NCBI GenBank assembly: GCA_963781585.1
Contig: CAWAGQ010000014.1
Span: 64,001-128,000 of the forward strand
Source of the DNA: an uncultured Gemmatimonadaceae bacterium
GTDB lineage: Bacteria; Gemmatimonadota; Gemmatimonadetes; Gemmatimonadales; Gemmatimonadaceae
Direction of reading: 5' to 3'
DNA: 64,000 nt
Shown: positions 9,210 to 19,777 of the stretch, piece by piece
How the letters are laid out: the number at the start of each line of letters is the position of its first letter
Position numbering within the stretch: position 1 is the first letter of the stretch
Position numbers and translations under genes: made by a program
The notes under the pieces: model-generated
What the model saw: the letters and a program-made list of their open reading frames with translations, nothing else
The model's database searches: none
What the model was told of the DNA's origin: nothing

Positions 9210-9839
9210 CTAGCGGATCCCCAGCAGCTTGTGGGTCTGAATGCTCAGTCGCCAGCGGGGGTGCGCCAGGCAATACTCGAGCGCCGCGCGCGTGTTCTGG
9301 TCACGGCCCGGACCGTCCATGGGCTGGAGGAAGAAGTGCGCGAACGCCCAGTCGGCGAACTGCTCGGGCAGCGCCCCGGGCTGGGGATAGACCAGCTTCA
9401 GCTCGTGGCCGCTACGGAGTACGGTGTCCGCCCCGGCTTTCGGGCTCACGCAGATCCAGTCGATGCCGGGCGGCGCCGGGCGGGTGCCGTTGGTCTCGAT
9501 CGCGACTTCGAACCGCTCGGCGTGGAAGGCGTCCACGGCGGCGCGGTCCAGTTGCAGCAACGGCTCCCCGCCGGTGCAGACGACGTACCGGTCGCCCCCG
9601 GAATCGTTAGGCCAGGCCGCGCCGACGGCGCCCGCCAGGTCGGCGGCTCCCGTGAACCGTCCCCCGTCCGGTCCCACCCCCACGAAGTCGGTGTCGCAGA
9701 AGTCGCATATCGCCGACGCGCGATCCTCCTCGCGGCCCGTCCACAGGTTGCATCCGCTGAACCGGCAGAACACCGCCGGCCGGCCGGTGCGCGACCCCTC
9801 CCCCTGCAGCGTGTAGAAGATCTCGCGGACCGTGTACAT
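9210..9839 (-). CDS. queE: 7-carboxy-7-deazaguanine synthase (radical SAM)
   Basis: EIFYTLQGEG, Cx14CxxC variant (CNLW...CDFCDT), TGGEP, IETNGT, QTHK. Confidence 0.95.
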   Translation of the reverse strand: MYTVREIFYTLQGEGSRTGRPAVFCRFSGCNLWTGREEDRASAICDFCDTDFVGVGPDGGRFTGAADLAGAVGAAWPNDSGGDRYVVCTGGEPLLQLDRAAVDAFHAERFEVAIETNGTRPAPPGIDWICVSPKAGADTVLRSGHELKLVYPQPGALPEQFADWAFAHFFLQPMDGPGRDQNTRAALEYCLAHPRWRLSIQTHKLLGIR

Positions 9840-10552
9840 CAGCGCACCGCGGCCGCTGCATAACGCGCCGGGTCGGGAATGCCGGCCTCGGCAAAGCCCT
9901 TGAGCCGGAGACGGCACGCGTCGCAGCGCCCACACGCCATGCCCTCCGGCGTTGGATCGTAGCAGCTGCTGGTAATGCCGTAGTCCAGACCCAGCGACAG
10001 TCCCAGTTCGATGATCCCGCGCTTCGACCGATCGATCAAAGGGGTCCGAATGCGAGTCGCGCGCCCCTCCTCCACCGCCGCCCGCGTCGCCAGGCCGGCC
10101 ATCCGCTCGAATGCCGCGATGTACTCCGGCCGGCAGTCGGGATAGCCGGAATAGTCCAGCGCGTTGACCCCGATGAAAATGTCCTGCGCCCCGAGTACCT
10201 CCGCCCAGGCCAGCGCGAACGACAGGAAGATGGTGTTGCGAGCCGGAACGTAGGTGATCGGAATGCCCCCGCCCCCCGGTGCCGGCGCCCCGTCCTTTGG
10301 CACCGCGAGATCGCTGGTGAGCGCCGAGCCGCCGAAGACCCGCAGATCGATGTCCGCGACGACGTGCTCCGCCACCCCCATGGCCTGCGCCACGCGCCGC
10401 GCCGCCGCCACCTCATGCGTATGGCGCTGCCCATAGCGGAAGGTGAGCGCGTGCACTGCGAACCCGTCGCGTTGTGCCAGCGCGAGCAGCGTCGCAGAGT
10501 CGAGACCGCCGCTCAGCAGGAGAACAGCGGGGGGGTGGTTCGCGGAAAGCAT
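9839..10552 (-). CDS. queC: 7-cyano-7-deazaguanine synthase
   Basis: LSGGLDS, YVPARN, GYPDCR, SCY...CGRCDAC. Confidence 0.97.
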   Translation of the reverse strand: MLSANHPPAVLLLSGGLDSATLLALAQRDGFAVHALTFRYGQRHTHEVAAARRVAQAMGVAEHVVADIDLRVFGGSALTSDLAVPKDGAPAPGGGGIPITYVPARNTIFLSFALAWAEVLGAQDIFIGVNALDYSGYPDCRPEYIAAFERMAGLATRAAVEEGRATRIRTPLIDRSKRGIIELGLSLGLDYGITSSCYDPTPEGMACGRCDACRLRLKGFAEAGIPDPARYAAAAVR

Positions 10553-10647
10553 GGCTGATGCTCCAAGCTATCCGGGGCGCGACGCGGCTGGTATCGGCGC
10601 CGGGGCATCCAAATCCGCGGGCCCTCACTGCGACGCCGCGGTTCGTC

Positions 10648-12360
10648 TCAGGCGACGGCCTTGAGCGCCCCCACGAGCTCCTTGAGCTGTACGGATCCCT
10701 GCAGCAGCTGCGTGGATGCGCTGCTCATCTGCTCGCACGCGGCGCTCTGCTCCTGTGTGGCCGCGCTCACCTGCTGCGCCGCGGCCGCGTGTCCCTCGGC
10801 GGTCTTGGCGATCGACTGTACGCCCTTGGCCGCGCTGGCCACGATATGCGCGTTCCGCTCGGCGCGCAGGGCCACGCTGCCCGCCGCCTCACGGGTGCGT
10901 GCTGCCGCGCCGGAGATGGTCGTGAGCGCCTCATCGATGTCGCGCGAAACGGTCTCGATTTCGTTGACGTTCGCCACGCCGGCCTCCATGGCGCGGGTCG
11001 TCGATGAGACTCTCGCGGTCACTGCGCGCGTGAGCTGCACGACGTCCTCGGCCGCCGCCTGGGCCTGCTCGGCCAGGCTGCGCACTTCGTCCGCCACGAC
11101 CGCGAAACCGCGTCCGGCCGCGCCGGCGCGCGCCGCCTCGATCGCGGCATTCAGCGCGAGGAGGTCGGTCTGCTCGGCGATCCGTCCCACGGTCGCGACG
11201 AACTTGTTGATGTCGTCGGCGGTCTGGGTCAACGCGACCACCTCGCCCGCGGCATCGCGCACCGTCGCCCGGATCGTGGTGAGGATGGTCAGCGCCCGTT
11301 CGATCTCGGCGCGTCTGGTGCGCGCGGAGTCCTCGATGGCCCCGGCCAGCCCCGTGACCTCGCTGGCACCCTCCAGCATCTCGTCGGCATTCACGCGAAT
11401 CGACCGGAGGGCTTCGTCGACGGTACGGAGCTGGCGCACCTGGCTCTCGGCGCCGCTCGAGACCTCGGTCATCGACGCCGCCATCTGGGTGGCTGAGGCC
11501 GAGATCTGTTCCGAGACCGACGCCAGATCGCGTGCCGAACTGGCGACGTCGTCGGCCGTATGGGAGCTCACCGACACCACGCGCGCGAGCGAGTCGGCGG
11601 TGCTGTTCATGGCTTCCGCGAGCTCGCGGAGTTCGCCCGGCAGATTGCCCTCCGTCCGCACCCCGAAGTTGCCGGTACTGAGCGCGCGGGCGTGCAGCAC
11701 CAGGCGCCGCATCGGTTCGGAGATCCACGACACGGTGCTGACGACCACGAACAATCCGACCAGCACCGCAATCGCCGCGAAGCCGAGCATCCAGGCGGCG
11801 CGCCGTTCGGCATTGTTGCGCAGCGTGGTGGAGGCCTCGGCCACCTTGCGGCTCTTGAGCTGGGCGAGTTTGTCCACGTCGTCGAGCAGCGCCCCGACCA
11901 TCTGTCTCGCGCGCTCGGCCTCGCGCGCGGCTTCGTCGCGTCGCCCGAGATCAGCCAGGCGATGCGCCAGATCGTACCGGATCTCGACCGACGACAGCGA
12001 CGCATCGATGTTGGCCACCAACGCGACCTCGTCGGGCGTCTGGCCGCCGTTCAGGTTCATCGCCCGTTGCACGGCGTGCGCGTCGCGTCCGTAGCGCCTG
12101 AATTCCTCGAGCGACGCCGAGTCACGCTGCTGCGGGTAGCGCGCCGCAGCCGCGAGTTCCTCGGTGATCTCGGCGGACAGGCGCGCCGCCATCTGGGCGT
12201 CGCTCTGCACGGTGGCGAGCGTCTCGCCGATCACCGACGACATCGCGAGCATCGAAGCGCGGGCGACCAGGCCGGCGATCACGCTCAGCCCCACCAGGAG
12301 CCCGAGGCCACTCACCAGGCGCTGGCGGATGCTGCGGAAGCCCATCAGGCGCCCGGTCAT
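10648..12360 (-). CDS. Methyl-accepting chemotaxis protein
   Basis: Two TM helices, HAMP, signalling hairpin [32 protein letters not shown]. Confidence 0.95.
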   Translation of the reverse strand: MTGRLMGFRSIRQRLVSGLGLLVGLSVIAGLVARASMLAMSSVIGETLATVQSDAQMAARLSAEITEELAAAARYPQQRDSASLEEFRRYGRDAHAVQRAMNLNGGQTPDEVALVANIDASLSSVEIRYDLAHRLADLGRRDEAAREAERARQMVGALLDDVDKLAQLKSRKVAEASTTLRNNAERRAAWMLGFAAIAVLVGLFVVVSTVSWISEPMRRLVLHARALSTGNFGVRTEGNLPGELRELAEAMNSTADSLARVVSVSSHTADDVASSARDLASVSEQISASATQMAASMTEVSSGAESQVRQLRTVDEALRSIRVNADEMLEGASEVTGLAGAIEDSARTRRAEIERALTILTTIRATVRDAAGEVVALTQTADDINKFVATVGRIAEQTDLLALNAAIEAARAGAAGRGFAVVADEVRSLAEQAQAAAEDVVQLTRAVTARVSSTTRAMEAGVANVNEIETVSRDIDEALTTISGAAARTREAAGSVALRAERNAHIVASAAKGVQSIAKTAEGHAAAAQQVSAATQEQSAACEQMSSASTQLLQGSVQLKELVGALKAVA

Positions 12361-13466
12361 CGGCCGTCGCTCCCGTGTTCGACCAGCAGCGCGCCATGGC
12401 GGGCGCGGGTGATGACCACGCCTTTGCCGACTACGTCGCCGCTTGGACGGAAGCGGATCGCTCCGGTCACGCCGGCGAATGCCGAGCCGTCGCCTAACGA
12501 CGTGAGCCAGCGGCGCACCGCGGCACGCGACGGGCCGGCCTCCTGGATGGCGCGCGCCACCAGCATGGTCGCGTCATAGGCAAGTGCCGCGTTACCGTCG
12601 GGTTCGAGGTGGTACTTCTCGCGAAAGGCCTTCACGAAGCGTTGCGCGGCGGGACGGGGGTCCTGCGCACTGAACGGCGTCGCCACGAAGGCCCCTTCGG
12701 CGGCGGCCGTGTCGGCCACGATGCTGCTCCAGCCATCGCCGCCGATAAACGCACTGGCCAGATGCTGACGCCGCGCCTCGAGCAGAATCGACCGGCCGGA
12801 TGCGTTCGTTCCGGCCACGAACACCACGTCGGGCGAACGGGAGGCAAGGTAGCTGACGTACGGCTCGAAGTTCGCGTCGCCGTTGCCCGGGATTGGATCC
12901 ACGGCGACGATCTCCCCGCCGAACGCGCCGCGGAACGACTCGGTGAGCCCGCGTCCGTAGGCCGTGTTCTCGTACAGAATCGCCGCGCGATGCCAACCGC
13001 GGGCATCGGCGAAGCGCGCGATGGTCATGCCGTTGGCCGAGTCGCTCGAGATCACCCGGAACACCCAGGGAGAAATGCCGCTCAGGTCGGGAGAACTGGC
13101 CGTGGTCGATACCGCGGGCAGTCCCTTGTCGTAGATCCTCGCCGCCGCCACCATCGCCCCCGACGTCACGTGCCCGACCACCGCCACGACCGAGCGATTG
13201 GCGTAGAACTCGCTCGCAATCGCAACCGCCTTCCCGCCGTCGGCGTGGTCGTCGCGCGCGATGACCACGAGTCGCCGACCTCCCACGCCGCCCGCAGCGT
13301 TGATCTCTTCCAACGCGAGATCCAGCCCACGCTTGTTCATCGCCCCGTACAACTCGGTCCACGGACCGGCCGTCGCGATCACGACCGGCGAGGAGTTCCG
13401 TGCGCAGGCCAGGGATGTCAGGAGGGCGGCAAGAACAACGGAGCGGCGAAGCACCGCGAGGGTCAT
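12357..13466 (-). CDS. Branched-chain amino acid-type (LivK-like) periplasmic binding lipoprotein
   Basis: Lipobox [31 protein letters not shown]. Probable ATG at 13466. Confidence 0.9.
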   Translation of the reverse strand: MTLAVLRRSVVLAALLTSLACARNSSPVVIATAGPWTELYGAMNKRGLDLALEEINAAGGVGGRRLVVIARDDHADGGKAVAIASEFYANRSVVAVVGHVTSGAMVAAARIYDKGLPAVSTTASSPDLSGISPWVFRVISSDSANGMTIARFADARGWHRAAILYENTAYGRGLTESFRGAFGGEIVAVDPIPGNGDANFEPYVSYLASRSPDVVFVAGTNASGRSILLEARRQHLASAFIGGDGWSSIVADTAAAEGAFVATPFSAQDPRPAAQRFVKAFREKYHLEPDGNAALAYDATMLVARAIQEAGPSRAAVRRWLTSLGDGSAFAGVTGAIRFRPSGDVVGKGVVITRARHGALLVEHGSDGR

Positions 13467-13585
13467 CGGGGGTCCGGCGTCGAAGGGAGCTGACTGACCT
13501 ACAGACGCCGTCCCGACGGCCTCCGCAACCGTAGAGGCGGCCGCCGCGCATCCCAGGATGTAGCCCGCAAACAACTCTTTGACAA

Positions 13586-15280
13586 CTACTTATGAGATTG
13601 CACCAGCCACACCTTGTCGCGTGGGAGTTGCTGCGCGGCGGGGATCCACCAGAGCCTCAGGTCCCGCCACCAGTAGTCGGACCCGTCGAGCACCGCGTGA
13701 ACCCGCCGGTTGAGTGCCGCCTCCGGTCGCGACTCGTATAGCCAGACGGCCGGCACGTCGTCGGCGATCATCCGATATGCGCGGCGATACAAGGCGCGGC
13801 TCCTTGTCGGATCGAATTCAGCGATCGCGCTGTCGAGTGTGGCATCGACGCGTGGGTTGGAATACGCCGCGAAGTCGGACCCGCGATTGGTCGCCGGGGC
13901 GCTCTTCCACGCCTGGCGAATCCCGCTGGGTGAGGGGTCGCCCGTGACGCCGTGGAGCAGGGCATCGAATTTTCCGCTGAACATCAGCGGTCCGATGGCC
14001 GAGTAGTCCACCTGCTCGATGTCGACCTGCACGCCCACGCGCCGCAGTTGCTCCTGAATGAGCACCGCGTACCGCATCCGGGTGGTGCTCGAAGTTGGAA
14101 CGAGAACCGAAAAGCGCAGCGGACGACCACCGCGTTCGCGGATGCCGCGGTGGTTCGTGTCCCGCCACTGCAGGGAATCCAGCAGCCGATCCGCCGCCAC
14201 CGTGTCATAGGGGATTTGCGGGATGGTCGTATCCGCAGAGACGTACAGGCGGGAGAAGGGCCCGAGGCTGAGCACGCCGAGGCTGTCGAGCGCATTCTGC
14301 ACCATCGCGCGACGGTCGAGCGCCATGCTGATCGCCAGCCGGAGGCTGTGGTCGGCGAACAGCGGATGCGGGCGTCGGGGGTTCTTCGGGTCGGCGAAGT
14401 TGAAGAGCAGGTAGCCGTAACTGATCGCGCGATAGCGCACCGCCTGGACGTTGCCGGTGGCGGCAACGCGTGGCAGGGCATCCGCAGAGAGAGACTCGAA
14501 GAAATCCGCGTCGCCGGTGAGCACGTTGGTGGTGGCGGACGACGGGTCGGCGTTCCATGTCCACACGAGGCCGTTGAGCTTTGGGCGGCCCCGGTAGTAA
14601 GTCGTGTCGGCGGTGAGTTCGATGCGGGCGCGTGGTTCCCAGCGCACAAGGCGGTACGGTCCGCTCCCGACCGGCGCGTGTGCGAACGCGCTGGCCCCGA
14701 GGTTCGCCGGATCGGCGCTGGCGAGCAGGTGTTCCGGGACCACCATGAGGTTGTAGGCGAGCTCGAAGAACTGTTCTGGTGTGCGCTTGCTGAACCAGAC
14801 GACAGCCGTGCGCTCGTCCGGGGCCGTCACCGAGTCGACGTTGTCAAAGCTTCCGGCGGCGCCCGACTGAACGCGTGGATCCTTGTAGAGCTTCGTGGAG
14901 AAGCGTACGTCGCTCGCCGTCACCGGCGTGCCATCCTGCCAGCGGGCCCGCGGGTCGAGGTGAAAGGCGATCGAGAGCGAATCGGGAGCCCAGGTCCACG
15001 ACTGTGCCAGGCGCGGTATCCAGCCTCCGTCACCCACGGTGTTGAGGTCCGGACCGATCTCGGCCAGGTAGTCGAAGATCTGATCGACGATCTCCTTCTC
15101 GATCGTGCCGGTGATGATTTGCGGGATGAGCACGCTGGGCTCGGCGCCCGCGCTGATGATCAGGTTGCCCCCGAAATCGCCGGTGCCGGCGCCGCCGCCC
15201 GGGCGTTCTCCTCCTCCGCACGCCAGCACTGCGGCGAAGACCAGCAGCGTGCTGCGCATCCGTGAAATCCGCATCGGCAT
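13586..15280 (-). CDS. Peptide ABC transporter substrate-binding lipoprotein (family 5)
   Basis: Lipobox VLAC, LAQSW, WQDGTPVTASDV.FS, PVGSGPY. Exact start uncertain (15259-15283). Confidence 0.9.
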   Translation of the reverse strand: MPMRISRMRSTLLVFAAVLACGGGERPGGGAGTGDFGGNLIISAGAEPSVLIPQIITGTIEKEIVDQIFDYLAEIGPDLNTVGDGGWIPRLAQSWTWAPDSLSIAFHLDPRARWQDGTPVTASDVRFSTKLYKDPRVQSGAAGSFDNVDSVTAPDERTAVVWFSKRTPEQFFELAYNLMVVPEHLLASADPANLGASAFAHAPVGSGPYRLVRWEPRARIELTADTTYYRGRPKLNGLVWTWNADPSSATTNVLTGDADFFESLSADALPRVAATGNVQAVRYRAISYGYLLFNFADPKNPRRPHPLFADHSLRLAISMALDRRAMVQNALDSLGVLSLGPFSRLYVSADTTIPQIPYDTVAADRLLDSLQWRDTNHRGIRERGGRPLRFSVLVPTSSTTRMRYAVLIQEQLRRVGVQVDIEQVDYSAIGPLMFSGKFDALLHGVTGDPSPSGIRQAWKSAPATNRGSDFAAYSNPRVDATLDSAIAEFDPTRSRALYRRAYRMIADDVPAVWLYESRPEAALNRRVHAVLDGSDYWWRDLRLWWIPAAQQLPRDKVWLVQSHK

Positions 15281-15409
15281 CAAGGATGAGGGTCAATCGT
15301 TAGGCAGTCCCGGTCGACCGTGGCCGCCGGCCGTCGCGCGCTCGCCTTGGTTGGACGATCGAGCGATTGGTGTGGAACATGTATCCGAGCCGGCGGGAGG
15401 CCGGCCGAC

Positions 15410-16531
15410 TCATCCCGCCGGCGGCAATGGCTGCTGCTGCGTCAGGCAGTGCATCGACCCGAGACCCCAGACCAGGTCCACCGAGTGGATGCCCACCACC
15501 GTGTGATTCGGGAAACAGGCGGTGAGGGCGTTCAGCGCCATCCGGTCGTTGGGGTCGTTGAAGGTCGGCACCAGCACCACATGATTGGCGATGTAGAAGT
15601 TGGCATAGCTGGCGGGGAGGCGCTGGCCGTCCATCATCACCGGCCGCGGGAACGGCAGATGCACCACGCGGAGGCGGCCTCCCTCGAACGCCTTCAGTCG
15701 CCGGAGGTTGTCGGCCGACCGCGCATGGTTCGCGTCCGCCGGGTCCTCCTCGAAGGCCAGGACCACCGTGTCGGGCGAGACGAAGCGCGCGACGTCGTCC
15801 ACGTGACCGTGGGTGTCGTCGCCCACGCACCCTTCGCCAAGCCAGATTGTGCGCCCCGCTCCGAGGTACTCCCGGAACGCCGCCTCGTAGTCCCCGCGCT
15901 CCAGTCCGGGATTGCGCGCCTGAACCGACGAGAGCAGGCACTCCTCCGTGGTCATGACGATGCCGTCGCCGTTCCAGTCGACCGCGCCGCCTTCGAGCAC
16001 CAGGCGCCACCCGCTCCCCGGTCGGGTCGGGGTCACCCGCCGAAAGCCGGTGATGCGCTCCATCGCTTCGCCGATCTTCTCGTCGAACACATAGTCGTCG
16101 TACTTCGCCCATCCGTTGAAACGCCAGTTCAGCAGGACGGTGTGGCGCCCCGCGTCGAACGCCACCGTGGGTGCGGAGTCGCGGAGCCACGCCCGGTCGT
16201 TGGGCACGAGATGAAGCCGGTATCCGCCAGGGTCGCACCCGTGCGCATCGAGCTTGTGCCTGGCATCCTCGCGCACCGATTCGTCGTGGCAGAGGATCTC
16301 GACGCGCTCGCGCCGGTGCAGCACGCGCACGATCTCGGCGTAGGCCCATCGAATGGCCAGCAGCTTCCCGGGCCAGTCCGGCTCGTGATGGGGCCAGGCG
16401 ATCCAGGTTGCGGCATGCGGCGCCCACTCCGGCAGGACCGAAAACCGCGAAGCCGGCGCCGCACGCGAATCGGTCACCGCGGCTTCCGGCGTGCGCGACC
16501 CCACGGCCGGCTGCCCGTCGGGCGGCGTCAC
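15410..16531 (-). CDS. aguA: Agmatine deiminase
   Basis: PEWAPH..TW.AWP, W.RD, LEGGA, DDTHGHVD, ASYANF, G.GSMHCLTQQQP. GTG start overlaps the aguB stop. Confidence 0.93.
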   Translation of the reverse strand: MTPPDGQPAVGSRTPEAAVTDSRAAPASRFSVLPEWAPHAATWIAWPHHEPDWPGKLLAIRWAYAEIVRVLHRRERVEILCHDESVREDARHKLDAHGCDPGGYRLHLVPNDRAWLRDSAPTVAFDAGRHTVLLNWRFNGWAKYDDYVFDEKIGEAMERITGFRRVTPTRPGSGWRLVLEGGAVDWNGDGIVMTTEECLLSSVQARNPGLERGDYEAAFREYLGAGRTIWLGEGCVGDDTHGHVDDVARFVSPDTVVLAFEEDPADANHARSADNLRRLKAFEGGRLRVVHLPFPRPVMMDGQRLPASYANFYIANHVVLVPTFNDPNDRMALNALTACFPNHTVVGIHSVDLVWGLGSMHCLTQQQPLPPAG

Positions 16532-17454
16532 GCGAGGTAGCGGCTGAGAATCCCCTCGTAGGCGTCGACGCGGCGATCGCGCAGGAAGGGCCAGTTCCGG
16601 CGGGTTTCCTCGATCACCGCCGGATCGCATCGCGCCACCAGCACGCCGGCCTCGCCGCCGGCCTCCGCGACCACGCGGCCGAACGGGTCGCTGATGAACG
16701 AATGCCCGAAGAACTCCAGTCCGTCCGTGCCGGTCTCCGGTTCGAATCCGATCCGGTTGGCGGCGGCCACGTACACGCCGTTGGCAATCGAGTGCGCGCG
16801 CTGGATCGTGCGCCACGCCTCGACCTGCGCCGTCCCGGTCTCGGCCTTCTCCCGGGGATGCCATCCGATGGCGGTCGGATAGAACAGGATGTCCGCTCCG
16901 AGCAGGGCCGTGATCCGCGCCCCTTCGGGGTACCACTGATCCCAGCAGATCAGGACGCCGACGTCTGCATAACGAGTTCGCCAGACGCGGAATCCCGCCG
17001 ACGCCCGTTCGTTCGCTTCGGCGCCACGCCCGTTCCCGTCCACGTCGCCGGGGGTGAAATAGTACTTTTCCTCGAACAGCGGGTCGTGCGGAATGTGCAT
17101 CTTGCGGTAGACCCCGAGCAGCGCACCGTCGGCGTCGATCACGGCGGCGGAGTTCCGGTAGAGTCCGGCCGCCTGGCGTTCGTACAGCGGCACGATCAGC
17201 ACGACCGCGAGTTCGGAGGCGAGGCGCTGCATCCGCTCCGTGGTCGGCCCGGGAATGGGCTCGGCCAGGTCGAAGCGGTCCACCCGAAGCGACTTCGCGA
17301 AATACGGGGCGCTGAACAATTCCGGCAGACAGATGATCTGCGCCCCACGGGCGTGGGCCTCGCGGATCCGCGCGACGTATCGCTCCACATTGCCCGCGAC
17401 ATCGTCTGTCGCCCGGTCCTGGACGAGCCCTGCGAAGAACGGTGTGCGATTCAT
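16528..17454 (-). CDS. aguB: N-carbamoylputrescine amidase (carbon-nitrogen hydrolase)
   Basis: CLPELF, YRKMHIP, EKYYFTPGD, ICWDQWYPE, YPTAIGW; coupled to agmatine deiminase. Confidence 0.9.
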   Translation of the reverse strand: MNRTPFFAGLVQDRATDDVAGNVERYVARIREAHARGAQIICLPELFSAPYFAKSLRVDRFDLAEPIPGPTTERMQRLASELAVVLIVPLYERQAAGLYRNSAAVIDADGALLGVYRKMHIPHDPLFEEKYYFTPGDVDGNGRGAEANERASAGFRVWRTRYADVGVLICWDQWYPEGARITALLGADILFYPTAIGWHPREKAETGTAQVEAWRTIQRAHSIANGVYVAAANRIGFEPETGTDGLEFFGHSFISDPFGRVVAEAGGEAGVLVARCDPAVIEETRRNWPFLRDRRVDAYEGILSRYLA

Positions 17455-17620
17455 CCGATGCCCTCGACACGAGGTCCCGGTCACAGCCACCGAGGTCAGG
17501 CTGCGCCGCGCGAGTCCGTTCCGGAACGGCCTCGATGCGAGCAAGCTAATCGCCCTGGTATCGCTTTCGCATCCGCGCGCCGGCAGGTTGCCCGGGGATG
17601 CGTCGGCCCGCACCGGCCCG

Positions 17621-18214
17621 CTACGCGTCGTCGAGCGGCCAGACCGTTCGCAACGGAATCTCCAGCGGCTCGCACATCGACGGGAGCGCACACGAGCGTT
17701 GCGCGTGCAGACAGAACTCGCGCGCGGGCCCGAAGGTCATCTGTCGCGCCCACAGTGCGCCGCCGGCACTCCGCACCAGAGGCCGCATCGCTTCATACAG
17801 GTCCGCGTACGATGCCGCGTGTGGCTTCGCGAACCAGTAGGCGAACCGCGGCGGCTCCTCCGAGCTGCCGAGCCGCAGGCTGTACAGCCCCGCGGTGCCT
17901 CCCGCGCTCGCCACCGCGGCGTCGTCGTGCGCAACCTTCCGGCCCGCCGTCACCGCGGCCTCGTTCAGTGGATCGAGCGCGGCCGAGCCGCTCAGCAGGT
18001 ACCAGTCCTCGTACGAGTCTCCGCCCTGATTCGCCCACGGCGCGCCGTGCACCGCAAGGCAATAGGAGTTGGAAAAACCCGCCGACGGCCCGGCGGCCAG
18101 CGTGAGATGAAAATGCCGGAGACGCGCCTCGTAGTCGTCGCTGGCCACCGAAGGCACGCGCCAGTGGAAGAAGAGATAGGCGAGCACGTCAGGTCGGGAT
18201 TCGAAGGTGGACAA
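17621..18214 (-). CDS. Hypothetical protein
   Basis: Protein-like composition (LAYLFFHW, YEDWYLL) and co-oriented with its neighbours. Confidence 0.7.
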   Translation of the reverse strand: MSTFESRPDVLAYLFFHWRVPSVASDDYEARLRHFHLTLAAGPSAGFSNSYCLAVHGAPWANQGGDSYEDWYLLSGSAALDPLNEAAVTAGRKVAHDDAAVASAGGTAGLYSLRLGSSEEPPRFAYWFAKPHAASYADLYEAMRPLVRSAGGALWARQMTFGPAREFCLHAQRSCALPSMCEPLEIPLRTVWPLDDA

Positions 18215-18371
18215 CGCCCGGTGCTGGATCCGGGCGCCGGCGCGGCGGAGTTCGACAGTCCCTCGGAGCAGGGAGCCGGGCGGCTCTCCCGCGAGCGCCG
18301 GCCCGCGGCCCGCAATCCCCCCCGCATCGGCCGACTCCGCCCGTTAGGCTGGCCCGGGCGGTCGAGACAAC

Positions 18372-19754
18372 CTAGTCCCCGTTCAGTCCATCTACGAGTC
18401 CCAGCACGACATCGTTCACATTGGTGCCCGTTAATCCCGTGCGCAGCAGCCCGCCCACCGCATCGAGCGATGCGTACGATGCGTGGGCGCCAAGATCGGA
18501 CGCGGGGTCCCGCCCGCGGCCCGCGATTCGCGACCAGGTGGTCGCATCGACCACCGCGCCCGCCGCGTCGGTGGGACCATCGCGACCGTCCGTCCCGGCC
18601 GCCAGCACGGTGATCCCTCGCGCCGCCGATCCTGCCCGGTGCAGCGCAGCCGCGCAGGCGAGCGCCAATTCCTGGCACCGCCCCCCCGGCGCGGCGGGGG
18701 ATGGGCCAAGACGCACGGTCGTCTCGCCTCCCCAGATTGCAAGCACTCGCGGCCGCGCGCCTAACGACTGACCTCGCGCGCGCTCCCGCGCTCGAACCAG
18801 CTCGCCGGCCACCATCGCGCCGGCGGCGGCGGCATCACCGCGCAGCGCGGCGGGTTCGACCCGCACCGCGGTGATGGCCGCCGCCGCCGCCGCCCGTTCG
18901 GCGCCGCGGAGCGCGTCACCGTTGTCCAGAATTACCGACACCGTCGTCCGGGCGAACATTGCGTCGCCCGGCTTCGGGGTCTCCGCCTCCGTCCCCGCGG
19001 CCACACGACGCAAATAGGCGCGCACACTGGAGGGCAGTGCCGGTTCGAGCTGGCGCTCGGCCAACAGAGTGAGCAGCCCGTCCGCCGTCAGGCGATCCGG
19101 CGTGCATGGGCCGGAGCCGATATGCGCCGGGTCGTTCCCCGGAACGTCGGACACGATCAGGCAGTGTGTCCGGTCCCCGCTGAGCGCGGCGGCGAGTCGC
19201 CCCGCTCCCCACCGCAGGACGCGTTTGCGAACCGCGTTCATGGTCGTGATGTCCACGCCCGAGGCGAGCAGCAGGGTGAACAGCTTCTGCAGGTCCGCGA
19301 ACGTCACCGCGTCCACCGGGCCGGCAATCAGACTGGTCGTGCCGCCCGATAGCAGCACCAGGACATCGGCACCCTTCGGGATCCCCGCCACCACTTCTCC
19401 CAGCCGGATCGCGGCCTGCCGCGACCCCTCGCCCGGGACCGGGTGCTCTCCCGTCAGCGATTCGAGCGCGGGAATCGCGGTCGATGGATGATCGGGAGCG
19501 ACGATTGCGCCGCCGGCCAGCGAAAGATCGCGAGCGCGTAGTGCTTGAGCCGCGCCGGCGCACATTGCATGGGCCGCCTTTCCGACAGCGACCACCCACA
19601 CCGGGCCACCAACCGGGCCGAGGGCGGCGACTGCCTGCCGTGTCGCGTGCTCCGCGTCGGCCGCCCGGACCGCTGCCGCGAAGAGGCTCTCGAGAAGGAC
19701 GCGCGCGGACGAAGGGACCGTTGACTGACTCCCCACGCCGTCACGCCCCGGCAT
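18372..19754 (-). CDS. Glycerate kinase, MOFRL family
   Basis: VGKAA, HPVP, LSGGT, SDVPG, GSGP, GGETTV, GGRCQE, GTDGRDG, TGTNVND. Confidence 0.92.
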   Translation of the reverse strand: MPGRDGVGSQSTVPSSARVLLESLFAAAVRAADAEHATRQAVAALGPVGGPVWVVAVGKAAHAMCAGAAQALRARDLSLAGGAIVAPDHPSTAIPALESLTGEHPVPGEGSRQAAIRLGEVVAGIPKGADVLVLLSGGTTSLIAGPVDAVTFADLQKLFTLLLASGVDITTMNAVRKRVLRWGAGRLAAALSGDRTHCLIVSDVPGNDPAHIGSGPCTPDRLTADGLLTLLAERQLEPALPSSVRAYLRRVAAGTEAETPKPGDAMFARTTVSVILDNGDALRGAERAAAAAAITAVRVEPAALRGDAAAAGAMVAGELVRARERARGQSLGARPRVLAIWGGETTVRLGPSPAAPGGRCQELALACAAALHRAGSAARGITVLAAGTDGRDGPTDAAGAVVDATTWSRIAGRGRDPASDLGAHASYASLDAVGGLLRTGLTGTNVNDVVLGLVDGLNGD

Positions 19755-19777
19755 ACCACCGGAGCGTAACGCGTGCG

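Noticed and set aside
9210..10552. queC/queE as part of a 7-deazaguanine DNA-modification (dpd) defence island
   Set aside because: No dpdA/tgt-like or other dpd genes nearby; ordinary queuosine precursor synthesis is the simpler reading.
10553..10647. preQ1 riboswitch upstream of queC
   Set aside because: No A-rich 3' tail or recognisable preQ1 stem-loop; the region is uniformly GC-rich.
13467..13585. c-di-GMP or amino-acid riboswitch upstream of the binding protein/MCP pair
   Set aside because: Only an imperfect GC hairpin; none of the conserved aptamer motifs were found.
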